A stretch of 64,000 nucleotides of DNA from an uncultured candidate division Zixibacteria bacterium (GTDB taxonomy: Bacteria > Zixibacteria > MSB-5A5 > GN15 > FEB-12), in NCBI GenBank assembly GCA_963664195.1, contig OY760907.1, positions 3,072,001-3,136,000 of the forward strand, read 5' to 3'. The notes below the pieces were generated by a model. It was not told where the DNA came from and did not search any database. It saw only the letters and a program-made list of their open reading frames with translations. Position 1 is the stretch's first letter; each line of letters starts with the position of its first letter. Position numbers and translations under genes: made by a program. This document shows positions 17,316 to 27,662 of this stretch, one piece after another.

Positions 17316-17349
17316 TGGAAACCCGACGCTCACAGTTTTCCTGCTTACT

Positions 17350-19914
17350 CTACCACCAGCTAATCAGTTTTGGCTTTTTGGTATGCAGCAAGTGTTCGTT
17401 TTCCGGGACTACTCGCGCAGTGATGCCGAAACGACCTGATTCGTGGCAAGTTACAACGCCGTTGTACGAATAGACGTCGGCGGCATCGGACTCGCCGCTG
17501 CCGTTGAGTTCCGCCGGTAACGGCGAGAACTCGAGGAACTGCTCCTGGGAGTTCAGTCTGCCGGAGACGATTTCCACAGTAACATCACTCGGCTTAATCG
17601 AACCGAGCTGCACGCTCATTACCACCTTGACCTGCTGGCCAACTTTCACGGTGGAGCCTACGTCGGGGAACTCAATATTAGTGATGGCTATCCGATCCCA
17701 GCTTTTTGAGATGTTGTCCATCCATGCTGTGAGTTCTCTTTCGAGGACGAAATCATTCGCCGAAAGCTCTTCGCCGGATTTCAGGGCTGGCATATAGAAA
17801 TTGGTCGTGTAGTCCATTAGCATGCGCTGGGCCGAGAACTGCTGTCCGGCTTTGTGGATGGACGCCTTCATCATCTTGATCCAGCGCTCCGGCAGCCGAA
17901 TGTCGTTACGTTCGTAGAACAGCGGGATGATTTCCCGTTCCAGCGTGTTGTAGAGGGACTCAGACTCGAGGTGATCCTGCACTTTCGGATTGTCGTATTC
18001 CTCGCCGTTGCCGATTTTGAATCCGACCTGATCGTCGTATCCTTCAGCCCACCAACCGTCGAGAACTGAGAAGTGCATGCCGCCGTTGAGGGCCGCTTTC
18101 ATGCCGGAGGTTCCCGAGGCTTCCTGCGGACGAACCGGATTGTTCAACCAGATGTCAGCTCCCTGAACGAGGTAGCGAGCGACATTGATGTCGTAATCTT
18201 CAAGGAAGATGATACGATTGCGGAAGCGTGGGTCAGAGGCCTTGTGCACTATGTCCTGAATAATCTCTTTGCCGGGGTTATCCAGAGGGTGCGCTTTGCC
18301 GGCCACAATGAGCTGCACGGGACACTTTTCGTTGTTGATTATTTTGGCCAGCCGGTCAAGATCACGGAAGATAAGATTGCCCCGCTTGTATGTCGAGAAC
18401 CGTCGGGCAAACCCAATCGTCAACGCCTGCGGATCAAGATACTGCTCCGCACGCTGAACGTCGATCTGGCTTGCCCCGCGACGGGCCAACTGGGCTTTCA
18501 GGCTCTTGCGAGCGAAGAAAATCAACCGTTCGCGCCGTTTGCTGTGTACGCGCCAGAGTTCGAAATCGGGTATGCGATGCACTTTCTCCCAGACTTCAGG
18601 GGCGCCGGGGCGTTCCATGAACCTGGGGCCGAAATAGGACTCGTACAGCTCTTTCATGTCGTGCGACACCCATGAGAACGGATGCACACCGTTGGTGATC
18701 GCCCGGATCGGCACTTCTTCGCGCGGCAGATTGGGCCAGATGTGGTGCCACATATCCCGGGAGATGTTGGCGTGAAGCTCAGATACGCCGTTGCAGAATG
18801 CCGCCGATTTGAGTGCGGCTACCGTCATGCCGAAGTGCTCCTGGTCGTCAGTGACGTTGACCCGTCCGATAGAGACAAAATCCTGCCAGGGGATACCGAG
18901 TTCCTTCACCTTATCGCCCAGATACCGCTGAAGCAGGACCGGGTCGAATTTCTCGTTTCCAGCCGGTACCGGGGTATGAGTGGTGAATACTGAAGTGGAC
19001 CACACATGCTGTGAGGCTTCTTTGAAACTCAGCTTGTGCTCTTTCATCAGCAGACGGAGACGTTCCAATGTCAGGAACCATGAATGTCCTTCGTTGGAAT
19101 GAAATATCTCACAGTCGTGTCCCAGGGCCCTGAGTGCACGGATGCCGCCCACTCCGAGGACGATTTCTTGTCGGATACGCATATCCTTGTCGCCTCCGTA
19201 CAGCACCGACGTTATCTCGCGTGCCTTGTTGGAGTTTTCGGGGATGTTGGTGTCGAGCAAGTATAGGGGAATCAGGCCGACGCGGACTTTCCATATTTGA
19301 ATCTGAACCGGAACGCCGTCGAGCTTGAGAGCGACCCGCACCGGTTTGCCCTCGTCGTCCTTGACCAGTTCGACCGGCATGTGGTACCAGTCGTTTTCTT
19401 CGTACCTTTCCTGTTGCCAACCGTCGCTTGACAAAAACTGACGAAAATACCCGTAACGATACAGGAGGCCGATCGCAACCATAGGAAGACCGATGTCGGA
19501 GGCCGATTTCAGTGTATCGCCGGAAAGCACGCCCAGACCGCCGGAATAGACCGGCAGACCGGTGTCCAGGCCGTATTCAAGCGAGAAGTAGGCGATACGG
19601 TCCTTGCGACCGGTGCCGAATTTGTAGTCGAACCATCGCTTTTGGCCGAGATATTCCTGATACTGGTCGTAGACCTTGTCGAGGCTGGCAAGGAATGCCT
19701 CGTCATTGGCTGCCGCTTCCAGTTTGTGCTGCGGCAGTTTGGAGAGCATCTCCACCGGGTTCTGATAGCACCGCTCCCACATGTCGGCATCCAGCCGAAT
19801 GAAGAGTCTGACGACCTCCCAGTTCCACGAATACCACAGGTTGTTGGCCATCTCCTGGAGTTTCTTGATTCGTTCCGGCAGTCGCGGTAGTACTAGTAGT
19901 TGCTTTACTCGCAT
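17350..19914 (-). CDS. glgP: alpha-glucan (glycogen) phosphorylase
   Basis: YFSLEYGL, YSGGLGVLSGD, GFARRFSTYKR, PLP-lysine motif EASGTSGMKAALNG; ATG 19914 with AGGA RBS. Confidence 0.96.
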   Translation of the reverse strand: MRVKQLLVLPRLPERIKKLQEMANNLWYSWNWEVVRLFIRLDADMWERCYQNPVEMLSKLPQHKLEAAANDEAFLASLDKVYDQYQEYLGQKRWFDYKFGTGRKDRIAYFSLEYGLDTGLPVYSGGLGVLSGDTLKSASDIGLPMVAIGLLYRYGYFRQFLSSDGWQQERYEENDWYHMPVELVKDDEGKPVRVALKLDGVPVQIQIWKVRVGLIPLYLLDTNIPENSNKAREITSVLYGGDKDMRIRQEIVLGVGGIRALRALGHDCEIFHSNEGHSWFLTLERLRLLMKEHKLSFKEASQHVWSTSVFTTHTPVPAGNEKFDPVLLQRYLGDKVKELGIPWQDFVSIGRVNVTDDQEHFGMTVAALKSAAFCNGVSELHANISRDMWHHIWPNLPREEVPIRAITNGVHPFSWVSHDMKELYESYFGPRFMERPGAPEVWEKVHRIPDFELWRVHSKRRERLIFFARKSLKAQLARRGASQIDVQRAEQYLDPQALTIGFARRFSTYKRGNLIFRDLDRLAKIINNEKCPVQLIVAGKAHPLDNPGKEIIQDIVHKASDPRFRNRIIFLEDYDINVARYLVQGADIWLNNPVRPQEASGTSGMKAALNGGMHFSVLDGWWAEGYDDQVGFKIGNGEEYDNPKVQDHLESESLYNTLEREIIPLFYERNDIRLPERWIKMMKASIHKAGQQFSAQRMLMDYTTNFYMPALKSGEELSANDFVLERELTAWMDNISKSWDRIAITNIEFPDVGSTVKVGQQVKVVMSVQLGSIKPSDVTVEIVSGRLNSQEQFLEFSPLPAELNGSGESDAADVYSYNGVVTCHESGRFGITARVVPENEHLLHTKKPKLISWW

Positions 19915-20124
19915 AGTATGTCCTGTTAAAGTCCCTGTTCCCTGGGTAACACTCATCTAAGTATCGTGACAGGTCCCGTTATGCAACAAGAATATCCAGA
20001 ACAGAGATTTGTTTTGCTTTCCGTTGTTACGTCCTGTGTTTTGGCGGTGCGTGACCCTTTTTTTATTTCCAAATCGGTCGATACTGTATAACATTGAGTG
20101 GACTAACAAACTTATGTGGGGTAT

Positions 20125-21276
20125 ATGAAAAGACGGAAGCAACGGCAACGGATTGGCGTTTTGACCGGCGGCGGAGATTGTCCCGGTCTGAATGCGGTCA
20201 TTCGGTCCATCGTGAAGACGGCTGAACATGACTACGACATGGAAGTTATTGGTTTTCTTGACGGCTATGAAGGCTTGATAGAGAACCGTTTCCGGCCCCT
20301 CGGGCTGGCCAACGTCTCTGGACTTCTGGCTGAAGGAGGGACGATTCTCGGCACCTCAAACAGGGCTGACCCGTTCCATTTCCCGGTTCTGCAGGGGGAA
20401 GAGTACGTCTATCTTGACAGGTCCAGTCAGGCGCTCAGGAATTTTGAGAGTCTCGGGCTGGATACTCTTATCGCCATAGGCGGCGATGGCACTATGGCGG
20501 CCTCGGCCGGTTTGGTAGACCTCGGTTTGCCGATTATTGGCGTGCCCAAAACGATAGACAACGATCTGTGCGGCACTGATGTGACGTTCGGATACGACTC
20601 GGCACTTTCGATAGCTACTGAAGCCATTGATCGTATTCATACCACGGCACAGTCACATCACCGGGTAATGATTATCGAGGTTATGGGGCGCTATGCCGGA
20701 TGGATTGCGCTTGGTGCGGGTTTGGCCGGTGGCGGAGACATCATCCTGATTCCGGAGATTCCTTACGATGTTGGCGCCATCTGTGAGAAGGTTCGTTCGC
20801 GCAATTCTCTGGGTAAGAACTTCTCCATCGTAGTGGTCGGCGAGGGTGCGAAAGCCATTGGTGGCAATATGGTTGTCAAGCAGCGTATAGAGAACTCACC
20901 GGACGCTATTCGTCTGGGTGGTATTTCGCACCAGGTGGCTGCGCAGCTCGAAGGATTGATTCACATTGAGTGCCGCGTCACCATTCTTGGGCATCTGCTC
21001 AGAGGTGGTGCACCTTCGGCGCGAGATAGAATCCTAGCCACACGATTCGGTGCCGAGGGCCTTCATCTGGCCGCCAATGGTGAGTCCAATAAGATGGTTG
21101 CCCTGGTGAAGGGTGACATCACTTCAGTGCCGTTGCGTGATGTGGCGGGCAAATTCAGAAGAGTAACCCCGGATCATCCGTGGGTAAAAACTGCCCTTTC
21201 GACGGGCATTTGTCTGGGAGTCTCTGACGAGATACCGTTGGGAGAGGCTTTTGCGGAGCCGACGGTTCCCGTCTAG
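20125..21276 (+). CDS. pfkA: 6-phosphofructokinase (group III type)
   Basis: LTGGGDCPGLNAVIR, GGTILGTS, GGDGT, PKTIDND, EVMGR. Confidence 0.95.
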   Translation: MKRRKQRQRIGVLTGGGDCPGLNAVIRSIVKTAEHDYDMEVIGFLDGYEGLIENRFRPLGLANVSGLLAEGGTILGTSNRADPFHFPVLQGEEYVYLDRSSQALRNFESLGLDTLIAIGGDGTMAASAGLVDLGLPIIGVPKTIDNDLCGTDVTFGYDSALSIATEAIDRIHTTAQSHHRVMIIEVMGRYAGWIALGAGLAGGGDIILIPEIPYDVGAICEKVRSRNSLGKNFSIVVVGEGAKAIGGNMVVKQRIENSPDAIRLGGISHQVAAQLEGLIHIECRVTILGHLLRGGAPSARDRILATRFGAEGLHLAANGESNKMVALVKGDITSVPLRDVAGKFRRVTPDHPWVKTALSTGICLGVSDEIPLGEAFAEPTVPV

Positions 21277-21362
21277 GAGCCGCTTTTCGATTCGCCAGGC
21301 AACAACAGGCTGCGTCATCCGGGAATCCCGTACAGGTGACGTCAAGACAGGAGGTCCGTGCG

Positions 21363-22748
21363 GTGATTTCGTTAGCATTTCACGGTGCAGCTCGCATCGT
21401 TACAGGTTCCAAGTATCTAATCACGGTCAATGACCGGAAAATTCTCATCGATGCCGGCGTGTTTCAAGGGCGCAGAGAACTGCGACAACTGAACTGGGAG
21501 CCGCTCCCGTTTGCGGGTTCTGATCTCGATGCCGTCATTCTGACCCACGCGCACATTGATCATATCGGGTATCTTCCGCGACTGGTCAAAGATGGTTTTC
21601 GTGGAAAAGTATTTTGCACCGCACCTACGGCCGAACTTGCGGAGGTGTCGCTTCTGGATAGCGCGCATATACAAGAAGAAGACGCCAATTATCGTAACAA
21701 GAAGAAACTCTCCCGTCACAAGAAAGCCCTGCCGTTGTACACGGTCGAGGATGCGCAGGATGCTATCCGTTTGTTCCATTCCGTGCCGTACGATAACTGG
21801 GAGGGGCTGAATGATGAGTTCAGGTTCCGACTGCATATCGTGGGGCATGTCCTTGGTGCGGCAGGGGTTGAGGTCGGGTTGAATGACAACGGTCGTAAAA
21901 CGGACATCTTTTTCTCCGGGGATGTCGGTCGCTACGGCAACCCCCTGACACGCAATCCGGCTCATCCGCCGGAATGTGAGTACATGGTCTGCGAGTCAAC
22001 TTACGGGGGAAGACTCCATGCCCCGGAGGATCCGCGGGCGACGTTTATCAAGTTGATCAACGATGCTGTGAAGCGCAAGGCAGTGCTGTTGATTCCGGCG
22101 TTTGCGGTCAGTCGCACTCAGCAGATCACGTATCTCATAAACGAGCTAACTCGGTATGGTCTTGTTCCGCCGGTGGAGCTGTATCTTGATTCGCCCATGG
22201 CGATCTCTGCGACTGAGATTTTCTGCAAGTACCATTCGTTCCACAAGGTAGATATCAACAAGCTTGGTGGCCCGAACTGTGTGCTGAATGGTGAACGAGT
22301 GCACCTTTGCCGCAAGCGCAAGGATTCGCAGAAACTGAATAAACTCAAGGGACCGGCGATTATCATGTCGGCCAGCGGGATGCTTACCGGCGGGCGCATC
22401 ATGCACCATTTGATGAACCGTCTGGGTGATCCGTTTACCACAGTTGTGCTGGCCGGGTATATGGCCGAAGGTACGCTGGGACGCAAAATTGCCGAGGGTG
22501 CCGAGGAAGTGAGTATTCATAAGCAGCTTTTCAAAGTGAAGGCAAAAGTGGTGACAATGCGGGGCCTTTCGGGCCATGCCGATTTCTATGAGATGTTGCA
22601 CTGGTTGGAGGATATGGAAAAGGCTCCAAAGAGAGTGTTTGTCACTCACGGTGAACTGTCGCAGTCGGAGGCGATGGCCGAGCACTTGAGGACGAAGAAG
22701 AACTGGGAGTGCCATATTCCCAATCTTGGTGAAGTTGTTGAATTGTAA
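21363..22748 (+). CDS. MBL-fold beta-CASP ribonuclease-like protein
   Basis: VTGSKY, LTHAHIDHIG, FSGDVG, ESTYG, ASGML.GGR, SGHAD, VTHGE; GTG 21363 after GGAGG. Confidence 0.92.
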   Translation: MISLAFHGAARIVTGSKYLITVNDRKILIDAGVFQGRRELRQLNWEPLPFAGSDLDAVILTHAHIDHIGYLPRLVKDGFRGKVFCTAPTAELAEVSLLDSAHIQEEDANYRNKKKLSRHKKALPLYTVEDAQDAIRLFHSVPYDNWEGLNDEFRFRLHIVGHVLGAAGVEVGLNDNGRKTDIFFSGDVGRYGNPLTRNPAHPPECEYMVCESTYGGRLHAPEDPRATFIKLINDAVKRKAVLLIPAFAVSRTQQITYLINELTRYGLVPPVELYLDSPMAISATEIFCKYHSFHKVDINKLGGPNCVLNGERVHLCRKRKDSQKLNKLKGPAIIMSASGMLTGGRIMHHLMNRLGDPFTTVVLAGYMAEGTLGRKIAEGAEEVSIHKQLFKVKAKVVTMRGLSGHADFYEMLHWLEDMEKAPKRVFVTHGELSQSEAMAEHLRTKKNWECHIPNLGEVVEL

Positions 22749-22767
22749 TTGAGTGACAGGGCTAAGA

Positions 22768-23631
22768 ATGAGCAAGAAGAAGACCGAAGACAAAGCAGCT
22801 ATGATTCGCAGACTTGAGCGGTCGCCCGCCTACCGGATTGCCTATCAGGATCCGGATTTCATGACCGGTGAGTTCGCCCGTCCTGCCAGGCTGGAGTTGG
22901 AGTTGTTGAAAACCGAAATCGGGTTGCACAAGCACCGGATAAATTCCACGATCGTGACTTTCGGCGGCACGAGGATCGTGGAGAGGGACGAAGCTCTGAA
23001 GAAAGTCAAGGCGTTGGAAGGGAAGATCAAACGGAAGCCGGATGACCGGGGGTTGCGCAAAAAACTCCGCATCGCGAAGTCCATTCTGGCAAAATCAAAG
23101 TATTACGACGAGGCCCGCGAGTTTGGGCGGCTTGTCTCTGCCGAATGTCAACGAAACTCCGAGTGTGAATACGTCATAATCACCGGCGGAGGTCCGGGAA
23201 TCATGGAAGCGGCCAACAGGGGGGCACATGACCTCGGGGCCAAATCTATCGGGCTTAATATCACACTGCCGTTTGAGCAGGAGCCGAACGCGTATATCAC
23301 CGAGGGTTTGTGCTACCAATTTCACTATTTTGCCGTTCGCAAGATGCATTTTCTGCTTCGTGCCAAAGCGCTGGTGGCGTTTCCTGGCGGCTACGGGACC
23401 ATGGATGAACTTTTCGAGGCTTTGACGCTGGTGCAGACGCACAAGACTCCACCGTTGCCGATCATTCTCTTTGGGGAGGAATTCTGGAAGGGGTTGATTA
23501 ATTTCGACTTCCTGGTAGAACAGGGGACCATCGACGAAAAGGATATCAAGTTGTTTGTGTACGCTGACACGGCCATGGATGCCTGGAACTACATTAAGTA
23601 CTTCTGGGAGGCCGCGGCTGTTCCTGAGTGA
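22768..23631 (+). CDS. LOG family protein (nucleotide monophosphate phosphoribohydrolase-like)
   Basis: TGGGPGIMEAANRGA, FHYFAVRKMHF, PGGYGTMDELFE. Confidence 0.92.
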   Translation: MSKKKTEDKAAMIRRLERSPAYRIAYQDPDFMTGEFARPARLELELLKTEIGLHKHRINSTIVTFGGTRIVERDEALKKVKALEGKIKRKPDDRGLRKKLRIAKSILAKSKYYDEAREFGRLVSAECQRNSECEYVIITGGGPGIMEAANRGAHDLGAKSIGLNITLPFEQEPNAYITEGLCYQFHYFAVRKMHFLLRAKALVAFPGGYGTMDELFEALTLVQTHKTPPLPIILFGEEFWKGLINFDFLVEQGTIDEKDIKLFVYADTAMDAWNYIKYFWEAAAVPE

Positions 23632-23652
23632 TTCCAGGAGGTTGGATCAGAA

Positions 23653-24051
23653 TCACTGTTCGTACCGCATATGGAAACTGTATCGATTGGCGCCGATCTG
23701 ATCGCTTCCTTTTTCGTAGATTTTTACGGTGGCCTCGTACGTGCGATATCCCGGCTTGCTGGCGGACAGTCTCTGGTCTCCGGTAGGCAGATCGTCAATG
23801 GCATACTTACCGTCGGAGTCGCTTTCGGCTCTTCTGCCACCTATTAGAATAGTCACACCGGCCAGGCTCACCTGACTGCCGGAATCGCTGTAGACGACGC
23901 CGGACAGCTCGCCTTTTTTACTCGTGCCAAGAATGTCGGAAAGACTGCACCCGTTTAGAGCAAAACACAGTATACCTGCAATAACAAGTATTTCTGTAAT
24001 TCTGGCGACAATCGGTCTGCGTTCTGCTGTCGGTGTTTCTATGGTATTCAT
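23653..24051 (-). CDS. lipoprotein with carboxypeptidase-regulatory-like domain
   Basis: Lipobox ALNGC; GELSGVV...SDSDGKYAIDDLPTG...ASKPGY. Confidence 0.75.
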   Translation of the reverse strand: MNTIETPTAERRPIVARITEILVIAGILCFALNGCSLSDILGTSKKGELSGVVYSDSGSQVSLAGVTILIGGRRAESDSDGKYAIDDLPTGDQRLSASKPGYRTYEATVKIYEKGSDQIGANRYSFHMRYEQ

Positions 24052-24124
24052 ATCGTCTCGTGTGTCTGTTGTATTCTAGTCTGAATATCGCCGAAAAGTT
24101 CGCGAATTGCCACATTAATCAGAT

Positions 24125-24901
24125 TCATCGTTTCAGGAAACCCTTGCTGCGCAAGTACTCCAGCAGGTGCGGGCGCTGCACAGAAGGGGATTTGCTGGCC
24201 ATGCGGCGGGCGCTGTGCTCCGACCAGGAATAAACGCCTTCAAATGAAGGGTAGTTTTCCGTCTCGATTTCGCGGCCTTTGAGGTATCCCAATGTGTTGA
24301 TTGTCTGGTCGTACTCACTCACAGCGCCGGTTATGGCATCTGCATTGTACTCTTCAGAAAAGCACAGGCCGGAAAGTGGCAGGCGGGGTTTCATAATCGT
24401 CGGTTTCTCGGGATAGCCCAGCGACATACCCATCACGGGGTAGACCTCGTCCGGCAGGCTGAGGAGAGAAGAAACCTCCTCAGGGTTGTTCCTAATTCCG
24501 CCGACCATTACGCCTCCTATGCCCAGCGCCTGCGCCGCCTGGAGAGCGCGACCGGCTGCCAGGGCAGCGTCGATGGTAGCTACAACAAACGCTTCGGCAG
24601 TGTCACCGTGGAAATCATAGCCTTGTCCGCGGTTGATTGTCCCAAGTCGGTGCAAATCAGCACAGAATACCAGGAAGAGTGCTGAATCGGCGACATGCTG
24701 TTGACCGCCGGAGAGTTTGGCCAGCTTGTTTTTCTTCGATTGATCACGTACGGAGATCATTGAATATGCGTGGAGGTTTGACGAAGTGGGCGAGCGTTCG
24801 GCGGTGGCGAGGATAAGGTGTTCATCCCCGGCCGAGATTGGCTTGCCGGTGAACTGCCGTACAGAGCCATGGCTGTTCAGAAACTCCAAAATCTGGTCCA
24901 T
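24125..24901 (-). CDS. NfsA/FRP-family NADPH-dependent flavin nitroreductase
   Basis: HGSVRQF, SPTSSNLHAYS, FCADLHRL, GGIRNNP, KPRLP; AGGAGG RBS. Confidence 0.92.
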   Translation of the reverse strand: MDQILEFLNSHGSVRQFTGKPISAGDEHLILATAERSPTSSNLHAYSMISVRDQSKKNKLAKLSGGQQHVADSALFLVFCADLHRLGTINRGQGYDFHGDTAEAFVVATIDAALAAGRALQAAQALGIGGVMVGGIRNNPEEVSSLLSLPDEVYPVMGMSLGYPEKPTIMKPRLPLSGLCFSEEYNADAITGAVSEYDQTINTLGYLKGREIETENYPSFEGVYSWSEHSARRMASKSPSVQRPHLLEYLRSKGFLKR

Positions 24902-24931
24902 GTGAGATCCTCCTGTTATCTGTCATGAGAG

Positions 24932-24960
24932 AGGCCGGATTGAATTTCAATCCGGCCTGC
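24932..24960. repeat. REP-like palindrome / possible terminator
   Basis: AGGCCGGATTGAA-T-TTCAATCCGGCCT(GC), perfect inverted repeat without a clear U-tract. Confidence 0.55.
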
Positions 24961-24995
24961 AATATAGTCATTGACTACAGTGCGTCAACTCATGC

Positions 24996-27662
24996 CTAGA
25001 GTCGAGAGTACTCCCTTTGAGCGTTCTTGGCGGCTTCGATCTGACGGACGACTTCCTTGAAGTGTGCCAGGGTCATGCCGTTGATCGATTTGGAGTCGGC
25101 CGCTTTGCGAGCGGCGGCTTCGATGATATCGAGATCATTGGCGGCCAGGGTGCGGGCATCCGATGGGTAGATCACAGGACCGCTCAGGTAGATATTGGTG
25201 ATCCTCTGGAGATGCGCCAGCTGTAACTGTCTTCGATAGCTGTTCACGTTGGCAGCGCTCAGCACTTCGCCCCAGATGGCCTTTCTGACGTCGGTGAAGA
25301 GGTCGTACATGGTGTACATTTCTTCGCCCTCTTTATATCGCTCCGTGTTGTTGATCAGACGGCCAAGCGTAGCCGGGTTGTACAGCGTCGCAAGGGCGGC
25401 CGCCTGTACGTTCAGAACGCGCTGGTGCCATGGGTAATCGAGCGGTGAGCGATAAATGGTGCCGACGAAATCGCCGCCCCGGTTTGGCTGGAGTTTGTTC
25501 AGCAGGTCTTCCGGTAGATCAAAAGCGTCGGCGGCAAAAATCTGTTTGCTAATCAGGTCGATCGCACGGCGCTGCTCTGCGGCTGCCACCGGACGGAAGG
25601 GGATATCACCGCCGGGATCACCGATATGATTCTTGTTGTGATGCAATCCACCGATGAAGTGAGACGCAAACAGGGCAGACTCGTGGTAAGAGCGCCATCC
25701 GGTGGCGAATACGCGGCGGATCTTCTCATAGCTTTCACCCGGTTTTTCGAATTCGCTGATAGAGTTATCCCAGAGTTCCTTCGTCAGTCTGATCTTGTGC
25801 TCACAGAAGGCAAGCGGATCAGCGCCGAGATCGAAAACGTTCACGTATGGATCAACACCTCCGCCTGCACGATCGAAATCGGTGGCGTAAGCCAGCAGGG
25901 GATCGGCAGAACGAGAAGCGATTTCCTGCAGTTGCTCGATCTCATCTGCGGGCTGTTTCGCACCGAAATCGCGATAGCCGTACTCCACGCGCCAGTAGTC
26001 AAACGGGCCTGGCACGGAAGCGTAGAACTCACCCTGCGGCTCCCCTTTTGCGGCGATGTTCGCTGCCGGGTATTCCATGATTGTGCCTGTGGTACTGTGC
26101 TCGCGAGTGAAGTTGCGGTCGCTGAGTTGTTCGAGCGTGTAAATCGTCGACGCCTTGAAATTGTGGCGGAATCCCAGCGTGTGACCTACCTCATGGGCAA
26201 TCACTTCGACCAGATACGAGTGTACGTACTCGCGTGTCAGAGAATCCTTGTCGACAAAAGCGCCGGCGCTGCTCAAGAGGTACGACAGTCCGAACGCTGC
26301 TTCTTTGGCGGACTCTCTGGCGTAGATCGCACAGCAGTTGTGCTCGTTGTCAGGGTCCATCAACTGTTCGTGAATGTCCGGTTCCTCGATGATTGTGCCG
26401 TCGTACGACACCGGTGAAATGAAGTTCTCCATGGTATTGAACATGGCCCGGATGAAATCAACCGAGAGACTGATGTCGGCATCGTAAATCTGCCCGGTGA
26501 ACGGGTTCGCCCGGCTCGGACCTATAGCGTACACACCGGTACCGATCATCCAGCGAATAGTATTGTAACGTACATCGAGCGGATCCCAGTCGGCCGTGTC
26601 CGGCATCTGCTTGGCAATGACGGCGTTCCTATAGCCGATTCGCTCAAAAGCGGGATTCCAAAACTCGATACCTTCGGCCACCGCATCGCGGTACTCCTCA
26701 GGCACGGCTTTGTCTACCCAGAAAACAATGGGCTCGACCGGTTCCGAGATACGGGCATCCGGATTCTTCTTCTTCAGATTCCAGCGTTGTATGTACCGGA
26801 CATACGGCGACTCCTGATCGAGCGTGCTGTAATCCTCGTACATTGTCTGGAAAAAGCCGGTACGGTCATCGGCCAGTCTCGGCACGTAGTCAGTTTCCGG
26901 GAGGCTTGACAGAGAGAAGTGGTAACGATGGAAGAAGCTCTGGCCGCTCTGCAAGGTGGCACCGCCGTTCGGCTGTTTCGATGCAAAGTGCAGGATAGCA
27001 TCGATCTCGCAGTTCTCAGGGAATGCCTTGATGGTCTTGACGTAGCTATTGCTCTTGTCAAAACCGATTCCTTTGTGCGCCCGTATGCCGAGATAGTAGC
27101 CCGTGTTTTCGGCGTCGCGGACAAACAAGGGAGAGGCATCGAACAGTATTGCCTTGGTCGAGTCATCGGGAGTAGACTTGACCGCGGTGGAGGCGTACAG
27201 ATGGTCGGAGATTCCTCGCGGGATGGCATCGGCCAAAGTCGAAGTGCTGTCGGCTCTTATTCTGAGGTTTTTTTCGATTACCTGGATGTTCTTGCCGACC
27301 CGTTTGAAGTAGAACGGGAAGGTACGTCCGAGCGGGCCAGTATCATAGAACGTGCCGTCGCCGGCAGCCCTGGCCATAGACATCAGGTAGATCGGGCCAA
27401 TCTGCTCCGGAGTCACTGCCATTAATACAGAATTGTCAGTGGTGTCTTCGTAGAACGTGAAGAGACCTTCAATAACAACTTTGTCTTTGGTCAACTCAGA
27501 GAAAGGTTTCAGGCCGTTCTTTCCGTTCGGCTTTTTGGCGTTTTGAGATGACTGTGCTTTCCTGTGGCGAGCAGAGTGGTCTCGTGCGAGGGCGATGTTT
27601 GGAATCGTCAGGCAGATCAAAGCGATTGCTGCCAGTGCGATCCCGATCCGTGATGTGCGCAT
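24996..27662 (-). CDS. secreted zinc-dependent metalloprotease (metzincin, DUF5117/DUF4953-type)
   Basis: Signal peptide; PRLADDRTGFF; NPFTGQIYDADI; HEVGHTLGFRHNF (HEXXHXXGXXH); Met-turn IMEY. Confidence 0.92.
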   Translation of the reverse strand: MRTSRIGIALAAIALICLTIPNIALARDHSARHRKAQSSQNAKKPNGKNGLKPFSELTKDKVVIEGLFTFYEDTTDNSVLMAVTPEQIGPIYLMSMARAAGDGTFYDTGPLGRTFPFYFKRVGKNIQVIEKNLRIRADSTSTLADAIPRGISDHLYASTAVKSTPDDSTKAILFDASPLFVRDAENTGYYLGIRAHKGIGFDKSNSYVKTIKAFPENCEIDAILHFASKQPNGGATLQSGQSFFHRYHFSLSSLPETDYVPRLADDRTGFFQTMYEDYSTLDQESPYVRYIQRWNLKKKNPDARISEPVEPIVFWVDKAVPEEYRDAVAEGIEFWNPAFERIGYRNAVIAKQMPDTADWDPLDVRYNTIRWMIGTGVYAIGPSRANPFTGQIYDADISLSVDFIRAMFNTMENFISPVSYDGTIIEEPDIHEQLMDPDNEHNCCAIYARESAKEAAFGLSYLLSSAGAFVDKDSLTREYVHSYLVEVIAHEVGHTLGFRHNFKASTIYTLEQLSDRNFTREHSTTGTIMEYPAANIAAKGEPQGEFYASVPGPFDYWRVEYGYRDFGAKQPADEIEQLQEIASRSADPLLAYATDFDRAGGGVDPYVNVFDLGADPLAFCEHKIRLTKELWDNSISEFEKPGESYEKIRRVFATGWRSYHESALFASHFIGGLHHNKNHIGDPGGDIPFRPVAAAEQRRAIDLISKQIFAADAFDLPEDLLNKLQPNRGGDFVGTIYRSPLDYPWHQRVLNVQAAALATLYNPATLGRLINNTERYKEGEEMYTMYDLFTDVRKAIWGEVLSAANVNSYRRQLQLAHLQRITNIYLSGPVIYPSDARTLAANDLDIIEAAARKAADSKSINGMTLAHFKEVVRQIEAAKNAQREYSRL

